From positions 38,053,703-38,117,702 of the forward strand of contig CP154954.1 in the NCBI GenBank assembly GCA_039621445.1: a DNA stretch of 64,000 bases, given 5' to 3'. This stretch comes from Euglena gracilis (taxonomy: Eukaryota). Below are positions 62,656 through 64,000 of this stretch, piece by piece; position 1 is the stretch's first letter; the number at the start of each line of letters is the position of its first letter. Made by a program: the position numbers and the translations under genes. The notes beneath the pieces are model-generated. The model was not told the DNA's origin, made no database searches, and worked only from the letters and a program-made list of their open reading frames with translations.

Positions 62656-64000
62656 CCTTTCGAGGTGTCCCTGCTTCTCTTTTTTGTAAGAAAAGAGAAA
62701 GGGGGGGTGGACGACCCCCCGTCTTTAAAAAAAATTTTATTCCTTTTTTATTTTTGGTCGCAAACCCCGCATCGGTTTTTTGGCGATTTTTCTTTGTCTG
62801 ACCATGCTCAAAAATGATGGGCAATTTTCAGGGTTGAGGAGGTCATTTTGGATTTGGGGATCGGATTTTCACCAACAAATCCCCAACTAATTAACTCCCC
62901 TTTGGCTGACCCACGAATCCAAGGGGATTCAGAAGCGATGGGGGGGGGACGGAGGGGAACCAGCGTGCACAACACGTCAATGAATTATGCCAATAAGAGT
63001 TGGTTGGGCAAGGTTTACGCTCGCTCTAAGGGAAGGGAGTGAAACGATGCGGTGCAGCGGTGGTCAGAACCCTGAGCAAAGGAAAACACACACATATTTT
63101 CATTCTGGGCCGGTTGCTGAAAACCTCTGGGCGTCCAAAACCTTGGTGGGGGGGTCTTATTTTGGTTGATTTCTTCACAAACCGGAAATTGCACCATGCA
63201 CACAAATTGCAGTGAACCCCCCGGGGGGGAGTCTCTAGCAGGGCAAGCCAGTGTAATTCTTTCCCCAGCGGCAGGCGCAATTGCTGGAAAATTTGTATCA
63301 CACCCCCAAAAGCCCGCCAAAAATGCCCCTTTTAGCAATTTTTGGATTTTTTGAACAAAATTAGTGGGGGACAAACCGTTAAAAACCCCATTTCCACCTC
63401 GGCGCACAGTGAAGGAGAAAAATTTATTCCAGCGGGGGGGACCCCTGGACCCTCTCCCAAAAATAAAAACTGAGGCGAAACCGGCCGAACTTTGTAATCC
63501 TAATTTGCTCAAAGACCCCAGGCCTCAAGCTCAAGCCTCAAGCCTCAAGCCGGGAAGAAAAAAGCCACTAGCTTGACCCCCCCTGGCGGAGGGGGGGGCA
63601 CAAATAACACGCCGTCCTTTGTCATTTTTGTGCCCGAAAGAATCTAAAAGAAGAAAATTTCAGGGAAATTTTTCTCCCCGCTCAGCGCCACAGTTTTCAT
63701 TTTAAGGGATTGGTATCTTGGGGGCTCTTGTTTCATCTTGGGAGCTCTTGGGGTGCAGTTTTACCTTCATCTGTTCTATTTTGTGATGCGAACTTTCCAA
63801 GGTGCGGTGTTGAAAACTGTGCTGAACATCGATCAGGGTGTACAGTGGGATACACTACTAACAGCTGTCACCGATGCCTGCTAAGCGTTCCGCCTTCCAT
63901 TCCGCTTACACACGTGCTGCAAGGCAGCCAGGCTCTAACGGGGGTGGCGCTGGGCCACTGAGTGATGGAAACATATGCCGGGCAGCGCAGGTCAAGCAAG

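Overview
Eukaryotic, repeat-saturated window with no recognisable housekeeping gene. It is probably euglenid, because three copies of the Euglena-type spliced-leader (SL) exon ACTTTCTGAGTGTCTATTTTTTTTCG are present. The window is a nest of retroelements. (1) Several CRE/SLACS-clade non-LTR retrotransposons (RT with YLDD, CCHC finger, restriction-like endonuclease), including two full-length copies bounded by target-site duplications (21719-26462 +, 34796-40049 -). (2) A chromodomain Ty3/Gypsy element split by a non-autonomous LTR element, which is in turn split by a CRE copy. (3) Further LTR/gag remnants with initiator-Met primer-binding sites, a TRIM-like element, and an N6-adenine methyltransferase pseudogene. 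The most striking signal is the architecture of the CRE elements: an SL exon at the 5' end inside the TSD, then a conserved 4-codon uORF plus hairpin, a tandem GGCC-hairpin array, a viral-type 2A (StopGo) peptide, RT-RLE, and a conserved structured 3' end. This suggests a family that is SL trans-spliced, integrates outside SL genes, and uses 2A to release its RT. All calls come from reading the sequence by eye. Coordinates of degenerate fragments are approximate, and some frameshifts fall in homopolymers and may be assembly errors.
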